DNA of 64,000 nucleotides from Vicugna vicugna (GCA_013265495.1 MU057632.1:480054-544053), one strand, 5' to 3'. Positions 1 through 12,400 are shown, counted from the stretch's first letter. Numbers and translations are program-made. The notes: generated by a model from the letters alone, not told the origin.

Positions 1-325
1 AAAGGACACAAATTAACTTATTTATAAAACAGAAACGGACTCACAAACATGCAAAACAAACTGATGGTTATCTAAGAGGAAGGAGGAGAGGATAAATTAG
101 GAGTTTAGGATTAACATATATATACTACTATATACAATAGATAAACAGCAAGGGCCTACTGTATAGCACAGGGATCTACATTCAGTTTCTTGTAATAACC
201 TACAATGGAAAAGAATATGAAAAAGAATACACATACATATATGTAGGTGTTTATAACTGAATCACCATGTTATACACCAGAGACTAACACAACACTGTAA
301 TCAACTATATTTCAATAAAAAATTA
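1..325 (+). mobile_element. L1 3' end (5'-truncated)
   Basis: Typical artiodactyl L1 3'UTR text (aaacagaaacggactcacaaac...ctactgtatagcacaggg...tcaactatatttcaataaaa). Confidence 0.9.
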
Positions 326-1689
326 ATTAACTTTTTTTTAAAGAAATGAAATCAAATATGGAGCATCAAGTACAACACCTTCCATTCACTGCTCTGGGCC
401 AAGGTATACCGTCTGGAATCTCGGAACAGATGTGGTCAGGGGCAGAGCAGTCCTTAAAGGGGCATATGCTCCAGGGGATGGGGAACAGGGCACGGAGATG
501 TGGGGCAGCCACCAGCTCCTTCCGCCAGCACAGCAAGGAGAACCTCCTGGAGGGTGGGGCCATGGCCTCTCCCTCCCACTCGGGTCTCTTTTGGAAGTGA
601 TAAAAATAAGCAGAATTACCTTTCTGTGCCACAATTCATGTCACCACCCTGGCATTCCACCCATTAAAGACTCAGCTAAGTACTTCCTCATCCTTCCCAC
701 CCTATTCCTAACAGCAAACAGGAGATGTCAGGGGTCAGTCACTCTCAGCGTGAATCCATTGAAACAGCTTATTTCCATGGTTCCTTATGGAGACAGATAA
801 TTTAGTAAAAAGAGGAACGTGGGAGTCTTTGAGCAGTACTTTGGGGGCTGGGGCATTGAGGGGGCAAAGTACAAGTGAGGGGCTGTCACAGCCAAAGAGG
901 ATGGAGGCACAAAGGGAAGGGAGGTGAGTGGTAGGAAGGGAAGCAATGAGGGCTGGGTGTTGGGGTCAAAAGAAAAAGAATGCAAGTCCTATTCTGTAAA
1001 CTGGAAATAATCAGAGAATCAGAGATAGTAGAGCTAGAAGTTTAGAAGATTATCTCTTCTGGAGGCTTCAGAAATGAATGCCTCCAGAGGTCAAGCAGAG
1101 ACTATCAGTCAGGGAAATGGGACGGAAGTGCTGTAACAGACAGCAGGGGGGACTGTGGAGAACTCAGGCAAGTGCAGCTTTCCCAAGGACAACGTACTTA
1201 ATAGTAACAACAACAATAACACTGGGCTGGCCAAAAGAACTTGACTGTAGGAGGAATTTGTCCAGTCCCTTCAATGTTACAAATGGAATTGCTAAGCGTT
1301 AAAATACATAAGAGAATATTTTATGATAAGATTTCATATAGAAATAGCTCAATCAGGGTCTCTTCTCCAAGGACTTGAAAGTTGGGTCAGATCTGAAGAT
1401 CTCACAAGGAGAAGGAAAATCCTCAAATTCTAGAGAGGCCCAGGAGTTTCCCAGTTCCCCGTTCAGGTAAGAACTCCTTTCAACCTCCAAGGCAACCAAA
1501 GAGCAAGTCCTGAGCACACCTGGAGACTTCTCAGAAGGAAGTTAAAATATTTCAGGGTGATACTAGATTCTGTAATCTGAAATGGGCACTGAAGATTTTG
1601 AAAGTGAATAGTTTGACATCAAACATTAATTACCCTTCACTGACAAGTTCAAAGAAAGAGACTTTGGATTTGTTCAAGCCTGTGTCTAG

Positions 1690-1880
1690 ATTCCAGCTCC
1701 ATGGCTTATCAGCCATGGGACACAGGAAAAATCACTTCACTCTTCAATGCTGTCAACACCTGCTCACCTGGAAAATGGTGATGAGAAAACTTACCTTAGA
1801 GGATTGTGAAGTTATGAAGCAAAATGGAGATGCAAAGTGCCCAGCAGATCATAAGTACATGATGAATAACAGCTGCTGCT
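1690..1880 (+). mobile_element. MIR SINE relic
   Basis: Diverged MIR core (aaatcacttcactct...cacctggaaaatggtgatg...cttaccttagaggattgtgaag). Confidence 0.65.
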
Positions 1881-2955
1881 TTTATCTTTCATCATCCTTG
1901 TTGTGATTATCATTGTCATAGTTACAAGCACCGTCACCTAGCAAACCCTCCTGCCTTTGCCTGTTACCCCCTCCTGCTGAGATTTCCCAAACATGCAGGA
2001 CCTGTGTGCTCCCTCGCTGACCTGTGATAACTGCATAGGCCACTCACCACGCATCATGCTTTACAGATGCAAGTAATGGGGTGAGCAGAGCTTCCCTGCC
2101 AGCGCACGTTTTTTTCCTACTCCAGCTCTTGGGTACACAATTAGTAAGTGGTATTTCCAGCAGCTTGTGATGTGCAGTAGGTAATTGTAGTCTCCCGCTC
2201 TTTCTTCTATTGCCACTTGCTCAACACCCACTTAAAGTATCAGATCACGAAACTCACTACACACTGAAAAATGTGTTTCCTTTTGGGTTATCTGGGAATA
2301 CTCCAACAAAGACAATCAGGGAAACATAATGCTAATTTCCACTCTTGGTTTCATACTACTACATTAATTATTTTCAGACTTAATTTGGTGTGCAACAATT
2401 AAAAGAAGGATTTCCTCTTATATTTTTGTTAATGTGGGGTTTTTTTTTTGGGTTCCAGCCAGTGAATTTATACTACCAAATGTCAAGAAAAGTAAGGAAA
2501 AGCAAAATTAACTTGCCAAGGCATTTTGGTAAGAAAAAAATTTCTTGTGTCCTCTATTAACTGAATAATGGAAGCAAAGTTTTTCTTTCTTAAGGTATCT
2601 TCTTTTCAAAACTGTGACTTTGTTACTACGAGAGAGAAGGCAAGTTAATTATTGTCCGCTAGTTGGAAACTAGCATGGATGGCATCCCTGCTCCTACTCT
2701 TCAGATTTAAAATGTCAGAGAAATACATGACCCAAACGTCCATCAACTGGCTAACAGATCAATAAAATGTCCATCCATGGGATGGAACATTATTTGGCAA
2801 CAAAAAGGAATGAAATGCTAACACATGTCACACTGTGGACGAACTTTGACAACATTACACCAAGTAAAAGAAGCCAGGTACAAAAGGCCACAAATTGTAT
2901 AGTTCCACTTATGTCAAATGTCCAGAGGAGGCAAATCCTTTAGAAAGGAAGTGGA

Positions 2956-3375
2956 GATCATCATTCTAAGTAAGCCAGGAAGAGAAAGAAAAATACCATA
3001 TGCTATCACTCATATGTGGAATCTTAAAAAAAAAAGAAAAAAAGGACACAAATGAACTTACTTACAAAACAGAAACAGACTCACAGGCATAGAAAATAAA
3101 CTTCTGGTTACCAGGGCGAAAGGGGGTGAGAAGGGATAAATTGGGACTTGGAGATTTGCAGATACTAACTACTGTATATAAAATAGATAAACAAGTTTCT
3201 ACTGTATGGCACAGGGAACTATATTCAATACCCGTAGTAACCGATAATGAAAGAGTATGAAAACAATTATATATATATATATGTATTATGTATGAATGAA
3301 ACAATATGCTGTATACCAGAAACTGATAAGCTGGAAACTGATTATACTTCAATAAAAAGATAAAATAAATGAAAT
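2956..3375 (+). mobile_element. L1 3' end, younger type
   Basis: gagatcatcattctaagt...gagatttgcagatactaactac...tacttcaataaaa followed by an A-rich tail. Confidence 0.9.
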
Positions 3376-3387
3376 TAACCTTTTTTT

Positions 3388-3837
3388 GGAATGAAATAAT
3401 GTCATGTGCAGCAACATGGATTGGCCTAGAGATGATCATACTAAGTGAAGTAAGTCAGAGAAAGACAAATATCATATGCTATCACTTGTAAGTGGAATGT
3501 AAAAAAAAAAATACAAACAAACTTATTTACAAAACAAAGAGATTCACAGACATAGAAAACAAACTTGTGGTTACCAGAGGAAAAGCAGAAGGGAGGGATA
3601 AATTGGGAATTTGGGATTGGCAGACACAAACTACTATGTACAGAACAGATAAACAACAAGGTCCTACTGTACAGCACAGGGAATTTATATTCAACGGCTT
3701 GTGATAACCTGTAATAAAAAAGAATATGTATATGCACATATGTATAACTGAATTACTATGCTGTTCACCAGAAACCAGATATACTTCAATTAAAAACAAA
3801 GTTTAAAAAAATAAAAATTTTTTTAAAAGTTGAAAAG
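3388..3837 (+). mobile_element. L1 3' end, second tandem copy of a different variant
   Basis: ggaatgaaataatgtcatgtgcagcaacatgga...acaacaaggtcctactgtacagcacaggg...atacttcaattaaaa. Confidence 0.9.
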
Positions 3838-4630
3838 GAAAGGAAGTGGATTAGGGTTGCCTAGGGCTGCACTGGTGGCAGTAGGGGTGGGGAGCGACAG
3901 CCAATGTGTACGACATTTCTTTTTGGAATGACAGAAATGCTTTGGAATTACGTAGTGATGACAGTTGCACCACGGCTGAGAATATACGAAAAACCACCGA
4001 ATTGTATACTTTAAAAGGATGAACTGTATGGTATGTGAATTACATCTCAATGTTCTATGTAGAAAATTCTCTCCTGTCATTGTCACCATATTCCAAAACG
4101 AACATTCATGTCAAGCTTACCTGGAGAGGTTCAGGGAATTCTGGAGAGACACTTCATTAGCAAAACAAGGTTAGAAATCCTTGGATATAAATATCAAGTT
4201 GGTTTCCATAGTTTTATAAACAAAATTTTCTGCCAATTTTAAATTTTGAAAAAAAGTGCCTTGGGTGATTCTTCCTTTTATTGGCTTTTCACATAGGATA
4301 AAAGAAATGCCTCATATTTCTTGTTTGCTTGTTTGTTTCTGGTTTTGGAGTGAAGCAGAGTCAAGGTGGAATGAAGTTAGAATTATACTGTGTCACTTTT
4401 TGAAAGTAGGAGAAGATCAAATATGAAACCCACCCCAAGTGGGAAATGAACAATTACTTAATCAAGCAGATTAATGACAAAGATCTCGCAAATTAAATGT
4501 TGTTCCAAAGACATTCTAAACACTTACTGGAGCATCATACATGAATGTTGAAAAAATGACAGCTTTTATATTTTGGTCTTCTAGTAACTTAATGCAATGA
4601 AAACTTCCAGAAAAATAAGAATAATGTAAT

Positions 4631-4728
4631 CATTTAACCATTTAAAAAAAACACGGAAGTGGAGTCAGTTTAGAATATTGTGTCAATTTCTGGTGTATAC
4701 ATATATTCCTTTTCATATTCTTTTTCAG
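4631..4728 (-). mobile_element. Very short L1 3' fragment with a 12-bp TSD
   Basis: agtcagtttagaatattgtgtcaatttctggtgta...ttcatattctttttca, flanked by gaataatgtaat at 4619-4630 and 4729-4740. Confidence 0.75.
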
Positions 4729-6037
4729 GAATAATGTAATTTTTACTTAAAAAGGTACACACACATTATGAGCAGTATTACTTTTTTCTTTACTTCTTAA
4801 TGCAGTGCATTTGGACGTGTGGGTCACATGAGGTTTTCTGTAATAAAAGTCATCAAGTTGTATGTCTGAAGTAGTTTACCGTACAGGAATCATACCGCAA
4901 TAAAGCTGCTAAAAATAAATAAATAAACCTAATCCTCCCTCCCCCAAAAAATAAAGTGTAAAAAAATTTTTTTTCAAAAATGCTTTAAACATGATGCTGA
5001 GTCCTGGTGAGCTGACAGTGTTGTTATCATCATCTTTTTTTTTTTTTTGGCATTGCTTGATGACCTTTTACAGGACTAATTCTTTTTGCTGTGACATTTC
5101 TGATAGAACCCACAGATTACAACTAGAGAGGCAACGCCACAGATCAATCCAGCCCTCCAGTGAGACACTTCTCTTTGTTTCTCTCAAAAATTCAAATTGT
5201 AATTCCATGAAACCACTCATCCTTTTTGCCAACAGGCCTCTAACCACAATTTCATAAAGTGTCTTTTTTTTTCCATAAACACAGCCAAACAGAATATCTC
5301 GTTCATCTGATTATAAGCAGAATGGCTGCTATCTGAGCGCTGCTGTATCGCAGACAATAATAGCACTCATTACTAACCACCCGGGAAAAAAAAAAATCAC
5401 CTAAGAGAGACATGTGGTCTCCATCAACATAATGAAAAATGAAAAGAAGTAAACAGAGCTGTCCATCCAGCTCTGCGTGTTGATGTTTTGATTTAAATTC
5501 AGGAGCATGAGAGCAAGTCTCTAAGTAACTCCTAGGTACTCACTGGGTTCTAAACAAGGTAGGTGCCCTGAATATATTTCTCCTTCACTTGAATTCCCTA
5601 GTCTTGGCTCAGTGTCATGGCTACAAACTAAGGTCAAAACCTGGTCTCCTACCTAAATCTTAACACCTTATTCTGAAATGTGTTCTATTCAGAAGCAAAA
5701 ATAGGAAAGTTCTTCTATTAGAAGGGAAGGTTTAGTAAAGGCAGAACCAGCTTCAGTAAGATGTTCAGGCCAGAGACACTGAATCTCTCTGACAATGGAC
5801 ATGGATCACATTTCAAGGTAAACTTCAGCAGTTTAGAAAAGCTCATGGTGTGGCAACCAGCAGTGGTCATTATTACCACAAGATCCCTCCCTTCCCAAAA
5901 AAGTGATTTTACGTTATCCCAATAGAAACAGTCCCATTCCTGTGGGTCCCAAATTACCTGGGAGCTATCCCACCTGCACCACTCCCAGAGCTCATATTAG
6001 AATGATGATTTCAAGGGGGCTTCCTACACATTCACAT

Positions 6038-6277
6038 TTTTTTAAATTGATGTCTAGTCAGTTTACAATGTTGTGTCAATTTCTGGTGTACAGCATAGTA
6101 GTTCAGTCATACATATACCTACATATATTCATTTTCATATTCTTTTTCATTATCGATTATTACAAGATATTGAATATAGTTCCCTGTGCTATACAGTAAA
6201 AACATGTTGTATATCTGTTTTATATGTAATAGTACCTGCAAATCTCGAACTCCCAATTTATCCCTTCCTACCTCCTT
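6038..6277 (-). mobile_element. L1 3' end
   Basis: tagtcagtttacaatgttgtgtcaatttctggtgtacagc...ctcgaactcccaatttatccc. Confidence 0.9.
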
Positions 6278-6882
6278 AATAGTTGATTTCTTTGATGCAT
6301 AATTTAAATTACAAGGAAATTAAAACCCTTGTTAAAACAGAAACTTTCTTACTAAATTTGTATTTGCAGCGGGGGACAATTTCATATGAATGCTACTAGT
6401 TTCGTATTTTACAACAGCATCTAAGGATCCCAGTTTTTTATCAGGTGATCTTAAACCTAAAGCAAGTGCCTGTGTGTCCGGAAGCAGCACCTGAAAGGGC
6501 TGCAGGGGAAACCCAGTTGCCCCCGGGTCTGGTGGGAGCAGCCCCGTTGGCCTGTTGCCCATCACAGCTGGGGAGCGGGGCAGTGGAGGTATCCGAGTGT
6601 GTCATGGTGTGCATCTAGCCGAGCCAACCAGGTTTTGGCTGACCCGTTGTTAGGGAGATAAAAACAACTGACATTATAATTACTGAATTAATTTGATTTG
6701 GTATCCCAAGGAGATAAGCCTTAAATATTTCAAAGCTTGTTATGAAAACACAGACACACACACGTCCATTCATACACAAATCAAGCCCAAAGCAAAGCTG
6801 AGAAAAAACCCACTAACCAAAAAGCAATTGTACCTCAGACCTAAACACTCTCTGTTATCTAAAAAAATTATCTGCTTTTGAT

Positions 6883-6966
6883 GGGGAGGGTACAGCTCAT
6901 TGGTAGAACTCGTGCTTAGCATGCACGAGGTCCTGGGTTCAATCCCCAGTACCTCCATTAAAAAAA
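6883..6966 (+). mobile_element. Camelid-type tRNA-derived SINE
   Basis: ggggagggtacagctcattggtagaa (A-box), gggttcaatcccc (B-box), then an A tail. Confidence 0.9.
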
Positions 6967-7036
6967 GAGAGAGAGAGAAAAGGAAAAAAGAGAGAGAGAA
7001 AAGAAGTGGCAAAAAATTGCTTTGGATTAGGCCAAC

Positions 7037-7280
7037 AAGAATAAATTTGGGAGTCTGAGATTTGCAAATGTTAGCCACTATATATAAAAATAGATTTAAA
7101 AAAAGAAGTTTCTTCTGTAGAGCACAGAGAACTATATTCAATATCTTGTAATAACCTTTGATGAAAAAGAATACGAAAATGAACATATGTATGTACATGC
7201 GTGACTGGGACACTGCGCTGTACACGAGAAATTGACACATTATAACTGACTGAACTTCAATTGAAAATCTTTTAAAAAAA
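7037..7280 (+). mobile_element. L1 3' end
   Basis: ataaatttgggagtctgagatttgcaaatg...aaattgacacattataactgactgaacttcaa. Confidence 0.88.
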
Positions 7281-8282
7281 CTAACAGTTGGTCTTCTGTT
7301 ATTCTACATCAGGCTTTTGAATCAAAACAAGATGAAAGAGTTAGACACATCAATTTCATCTCCAAATAAAGAAGCTTAGAAAATCAGAATTTTATACAGA
7401 ATCAGGATAAAGTTAGTATATGAAAGATTTCACCCTGATTGTAAAGAAAATATCAAATTTATGGGACGAAGCAAGAATATTATACTAAGGAAAAAGATGA
7501 TAGCATTTTTTAAGACATGCTGACTAATTAATGTCACAACTGCCATATAAAGAAACAGAGTAAAATTTCTTTCTAATTATCAGAGTCTTGTTTTCTATCA
7601 TTTTCACAAGGAAATATTTATCTTCTGTTTTAATCTAGGGAAGTTTGAGATGCTTACTCCAGAAATCCGCTCTGCAGATGAGGGACGTAGGTACCAACCT
7701 GATTCTAGGGCTTGGCACACAACAGAAGTATGCTGCCTTCCTATGCCATCTAAGTGTGCTCCAAGTCAGTATAAGGGAGTTTATGATAGACTGAAATATT
7801 CCCTAGTGGGACTTTTATTCTACTACTTCATGAGAGAGAGAGAAACAACATTTAAACAATTCAGGGGAAAAAAAGAGAGAAAATTTTCCATTTTGGAGGG
7901 ATGCATGGCATCCCCCTACACATCTCATTCCTAGCTCACGTGCCAGGAGGTGTCTTTGCATTCATGGGAAGAGAGATAACTAGTCCTTTCCATGGCCATG
8001 GAGTCTAAAGAGGATGTACTAAATCAAGGCAGGTTAGTCTGCTCCCATTAATAACCTCAAAAGTCAGAAGGTCTTTGCAAGAGTTAATGACATCAGATCC
8101 TAGAATAGTAACTCCAAAGACACAATGCTCTGAATTTATTTAAACAGTTACATAAGGAGCCACACAGTTTCAAAATCAGTAAGAGGCTCAGACTGGATGT
8201 ATTTTAAAACTAAAGGAAAGACAGTCATGGTAAACTAGGTAGAGATGTCCAGCAATTTACTTCCTCAATTCTAAAGTAGATC

Positions 8283-8385
8283 AATAAATCAGGAGTTTGA
8301 GATTTGCAGGTGCTAACTACTTTATATATATGAAATAGACAAACAACAAGTTTATACTGTGTAGGACAGGGAACTATATTCAATC
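8283..8385 (+). mobile_element. L1 3'UTR fragment
   Basis: ataaatcaggagtttgagatttgcagg...cagggaactatattcaat. Confidence 0.8.
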
Positions 8386-8517
8386 TTTTTTGTGTGTGGT
8401 AATAGCTCACTAATATTTTTCTTTAACTTACACAATTTTATTCACTATAGCATTACAATAAAAAAATCACTGCTTATATAGTACATGTCGTTTTAAAAAA
8501 ACTTTCACCATGGTGCT

Positions 8518-8597
8518 TTATTTTTGTTATTGCAATATAGTCAGTTTACAACATTGTGTCAATTTCTGGTGGACAGCATAATGTTTCAGTCATACAT
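8518..8597 (-). mobile_element. L1 extreme 3' end (about 80 bp)
   Basis: tatagtcagtttacaacattgtgtcaatttctggtggacagcataatgtttcagtcataca. Confidence 0.82.
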
Positions 8598-8599
8598 TT

Positions 8600-10337
8600 T
8601 AACATTTTAGTCTTTAGCTTTTGTCAGTTTGATTACTGCGTGACTCAGTGTGTTCCTCTTTGGGTTGATCCTGTGTGGGACTCGCTGAGCTTCTTGGACT
8701 TGGGTGACTGTTTCCTTTCCCACGTTAGGGAAGCTTTCAGCTATTATCTCTTTAAATATTTTTTAAGGTCCTGTCTCTCTCTTCTCCCTTTGGGACCTCT
8801 ACAACGTGAATATTACTGTGCTTGATGTTGCTCCGGAGTTCTCTCAAACTGTGCTCATTTCTTCTCACTTTTTTCTTTTTTCTGCTCAGCAGCAGTGATT
8901 TCCACTGCTCCGTCTTCCAGCTCACTGACCCGCTCTGCATCACTTAGCCCACACTTGGTTCCTTTTAGTGTGTTACTCATTTCATGTGTTGTATTTTTCT
9001 TCTCTGTTTGGTTGTTTTTTATGTTTTCTAACTCCTTGTTAAAAACGTCTAACTTCTCGCTCTGTGTATCCATCTCCCTCCCGGGTTATTTGATCATCTT
9101 TACAATCACTGCTCTGAACTCCTTCTCAGGTAGACTGCCTGTATCCACATCACTTAAGTTCTTCTTCTGGGGTTTTATCTTCTTACATTGTCTGGAACAT
9201 AATCTTCTGCCACCTCATGCTGTGCAAATTTCTATTTGTATTTTTATATACGTGGTAGGTTCGTTACATTTCTCACCCTTGGAGAAGTGGTGCTCCGTAA
9301 GAGACGTCCTGTGTGTCCCATTAATGCACTCCCCTCTCTTCACCCCAAGGGCCAGGGTCCAGCTGGCCCCAGGGTGGACTCTGGCCTGCATTTGTGGACT
9401 CCTTCCACAGGCTGTATGATTGTAGTTTTCTAACTTCTGGTGTCTGCCCCCTGGTGGGTGAGGCTGGACTAGACACTTGTGCAGGCTTCCTGGTGGGAGG
9501 GGCCTGCCCACTGGTAGGTGGAGCTGTATCCTGGCCCTCTGGTGGGCACCGTCTTATTTTGAGACATGTCTAGAGGCAGCTGTGGGCTCAGAAAGTCTTC
9601 AGACAGCCTATCTCTTGATGAGTGCCTCTGTGTTCCCACCCAGTTAGTTGTTTGGCTTGAGACGTCCCAACACTGGAGCCTATGCCCTGCTGGGTGGGGC
9701 TGGGTCTTGGTGCAAAGATATCCACCTCCAGGAGTGTTCATGTGGTAGAATGTTCCCAAAAGTGTCTGCCACCATGCCTATGTCCCCAGGGTGAGCCACA
9801 GCTGCCCCCCGACTCCTGCCTCCCCAGGAGACCCTCCAAGACCAGCAGGCGTGTCTGGCCTAGGTTCCTATGAACTTACTGCTTTTGCCTTGGGTCCCAG
9901 TGAGTTTGAGATCCTATGTGTGCTTTCCAAGAGAGTGAAGTCTCTGTTTTCCCCAGTCCTGTGGAGCTCCTGCAGTCAAGCCCCACTGGCCTTCAACACC
10001 AAATGCTCTTGGGGGTTCCGCCTCCTAATGCCAGACCCCCAAGCTTGGGGCACCTGATGTGGGGCTCAGAACCCTCACTGCTGTGGAGGGACCTCTGCAA
10101 TATAATGATTCTCCAGTTTGTGGGTCACCACGCCTAGGGCTATGAGGTGTGATTATACCATGAGTCCACCCCTCCTACTGTCTTGTTGTGGTTCCTTCTT
10201 AATGCCTTAGCTGTAGAAGATCTCTTCTGGCAAGTTCCAGTCTTTCTCATCGATGGTTGTTCTGCAGTTAGTTGTGGTTCTGGTGTGCTCGGGAGAGGAG
10301 GTGCACTCAGGGACTTCCTACCATCCTGGCTGCACCC
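8600..10337 (-). mobile_element. L1 5' remnant: 5'UTR plus a degenerate N-terminal/central ORF1
   Basis: Minus-strand ORFs 8855-9073 (FNKELENIKNNQTE...RVSELED, coiled coil) and 8752-8943 (RNEHSLRELRSNIKHSNIHVVEVPKGEE, start of the RRM) match L1 ORF1p with frameshifts. A GC-richer 5'UTR extends to about 10337. Confidence 0.85.
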
Positions 10338-12239
10338 ATATGACTGGTTTTTTAAGGACTACACTACAGTGCCCTACATAACAAATAAGACAAAGTGCAA
10401 CACAGAAAAGAACTTTCTACAAAATAGCCTTTCAGTCACAGTTACTTAAAGTAAGAGATCTAGCAGCATCCATGCAGTGATGCTCACACCCATATTTACT
10501 CCTCGAGCAATAAAACATACAGAGTGATGCTATGAAGCAAAGGATCAAAATTAGTTGATAGCAAAGCCTTATTTAGGTTGTCAAAAGACAATCTGCCACA
10601 CCTACTTTCAACCTTTTTAAGGATCTCTGTTTAGCATCTTCTGAATCCTTTCTCCAGCTCATCTAGTTAAAAAATTTTAAGTCTAGTTATTATCAAGACT
10701 TTGGGAAAGTAAAAAATAATTTCTCCTAAAAAAACAAAGGAAAACACTGGAGATAATGGATGGATGGATAGAAAGATTTTCCTTTCCTTGTTTCCCAAAA
10801 GGATCTTGAGTGACAATTGTTATTCATTACATAATTTCAATTTTCAAATCTTCAAAGCTAGCTTATATGATAATGTTTCATTAGAATAAAATACATAATT
10901 TGTCAACCCCTGCACTAAGACTGGTCTAAATTTTAGAAATAAAAAAAGCTGATTCAAATTAACCTCTTGATGCAGCCGGAGTGGACGACTTCCAGTCTGT
11001 GAACATTTGGTTTGATTTCATATAGATGAAACTGCTTTGTCACTGCATCTGCAGTCTAGGAAATAATTTCCAGAGCCTACTCTGGTGGCCCTCCCAAGTA
11101 ACTGCACCAAAGGAAACGAAACACTGGGGTGAAGATCTGGACAAAGCAGTTAACCGCTTAACAGTGTTTCAAAGGAGAAGATACTGGATATAGCAATGCC
11201 AAGGTCCACAGTCTAAATGAACAGCAGGGTGTGCCCTTTACTAAATCTACAACATCCTCACCCCATCCACATCCTCCTGCCTCCTCTCCCCCTCCGCCGC
11301 ACCTCTGATCCCCTCCCCTCCAGTCTCCTTTCCTTGCTCCCCTCACTTCTGACTCCACCCTTCTCTCCTCCCCACCCCCCACAACTCAATCACTTTAAAT
11401 GACTATAACCTTGGAAAGAAGTCTGTTTCACAGTTTACTATAATCATTAGATAAATTCCTTCCAATATTTTAAAATAAAAGTTGAACATTTCACTTTTCA
11501 AGGAGAGAAATACACCAGATGCATCAGGTATTCAGTGTGTGATTTTCTGGTGCTTATTTTTCTGTACGGAAACAACCATTACCAGGAAAATAAGAAGTTC
11601 CCTGGATCACTATCACAGGGCCTGAGATTCACATGGATGCACAGAGGATCAAGCTTAAAGGGAGCCCAGGGGCTCGGGAGTCCGGGTTCCTGACTCCGAG
11701 GCAAGGTCAATGGTCCCGAGCCAATGGGATAGCTGCCACAAAGTGAGACCCCACAGACTCCCCAGAAGCCAGTTCTAATCTGCAGTGACGCTCACTATTG
11801 CAAAGTTATTTTATTTAATTAGTCTAAATAACTCATGCTGAACTTGCCCTTCTGCTCTCCATCACTAGCTCTCCGGAATAGCTTTCACTCTTGCTTGAAT
11901 CATTTAAATTTGATATTTAATTATTTATTTAACAACTTAATAATATTATATTAATGTAATAATTAATTATATCAATTATTGGATTATCTGCTAACCTTCT
12001 CTTCCTCATGCATCATCTCTACAGACCACTGAACCTTTTCACACGTGCTTTTTCTTATTTCTATTACTTTTTTACTGGAATACTGATACGGCTGGACTTT
12101 CACGATCATCTTTCACTATGCAACGTAAAAGTGATAAATACTAGAAAATAACCCCACTTCTATCATAGAAACGAAATAGTGAGTGGAAGAAACATCATGC
12201 TTTACAAAGTCCTTTCTTGGGCATCCTGTCTTCCGTCCC

Positions 12240-12400
12240 TGATGAACCTGTAAGGTAGGGACTGCAGGGTATATGGTTCCTATTTTCCTCAGAAGAAGAA
12301 ACTGAAGCCCCAGGAGGCTGTCAAGTTTCCAAAGCCGGCAGAGCCAGGTAGTGCCAAAGACTGAACCAGAACTTGGGACTTCTGACACCAAAACTCTTAC
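12240..12400 (-). mobile_element. MIR SINE relic
   Basis: cctattttcctcagaagaagaaactgaagccccagg...gacttctgacaccaaa. Confidence 0.65.

Larger units (their letters stand above)
2730..4050 (+). mobile_element. Old L1M (L1MB-like) 3' end, split by a younger insertion at 2956-3837
   Basis: Left half runs acccaaacgtccatcaactg...gtccagaggaggcaaatcc. Right half runs gattagggttgcctagggctg...gtgaattacatctcaat. The 13-bp duplication gaaaggaagtgga lies at 2943-2955 and 3838-3850. Confidence 0.8.

Noticed and set aside
6883..6960. tRNA-like sequences with A and B boxes (about 10 copies in the window)
   Set aside because: They are dispersed, diverged copies with A-rich tails and sometimes TSDs, so they are SINEs rather than tRNA genes.
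8895..9419. 174-aa plus-strand ORF, the longest in the track
   Set aside because: It is the antisense frame of the L1 ORF1/5'UTR remnant.
11270..11385. C/T-rich tract with possible triplex or G4 potential
   Set aside because: It is irregular low-complexity sequence with no clear mirror symmetry, which is common in mammalian introns.
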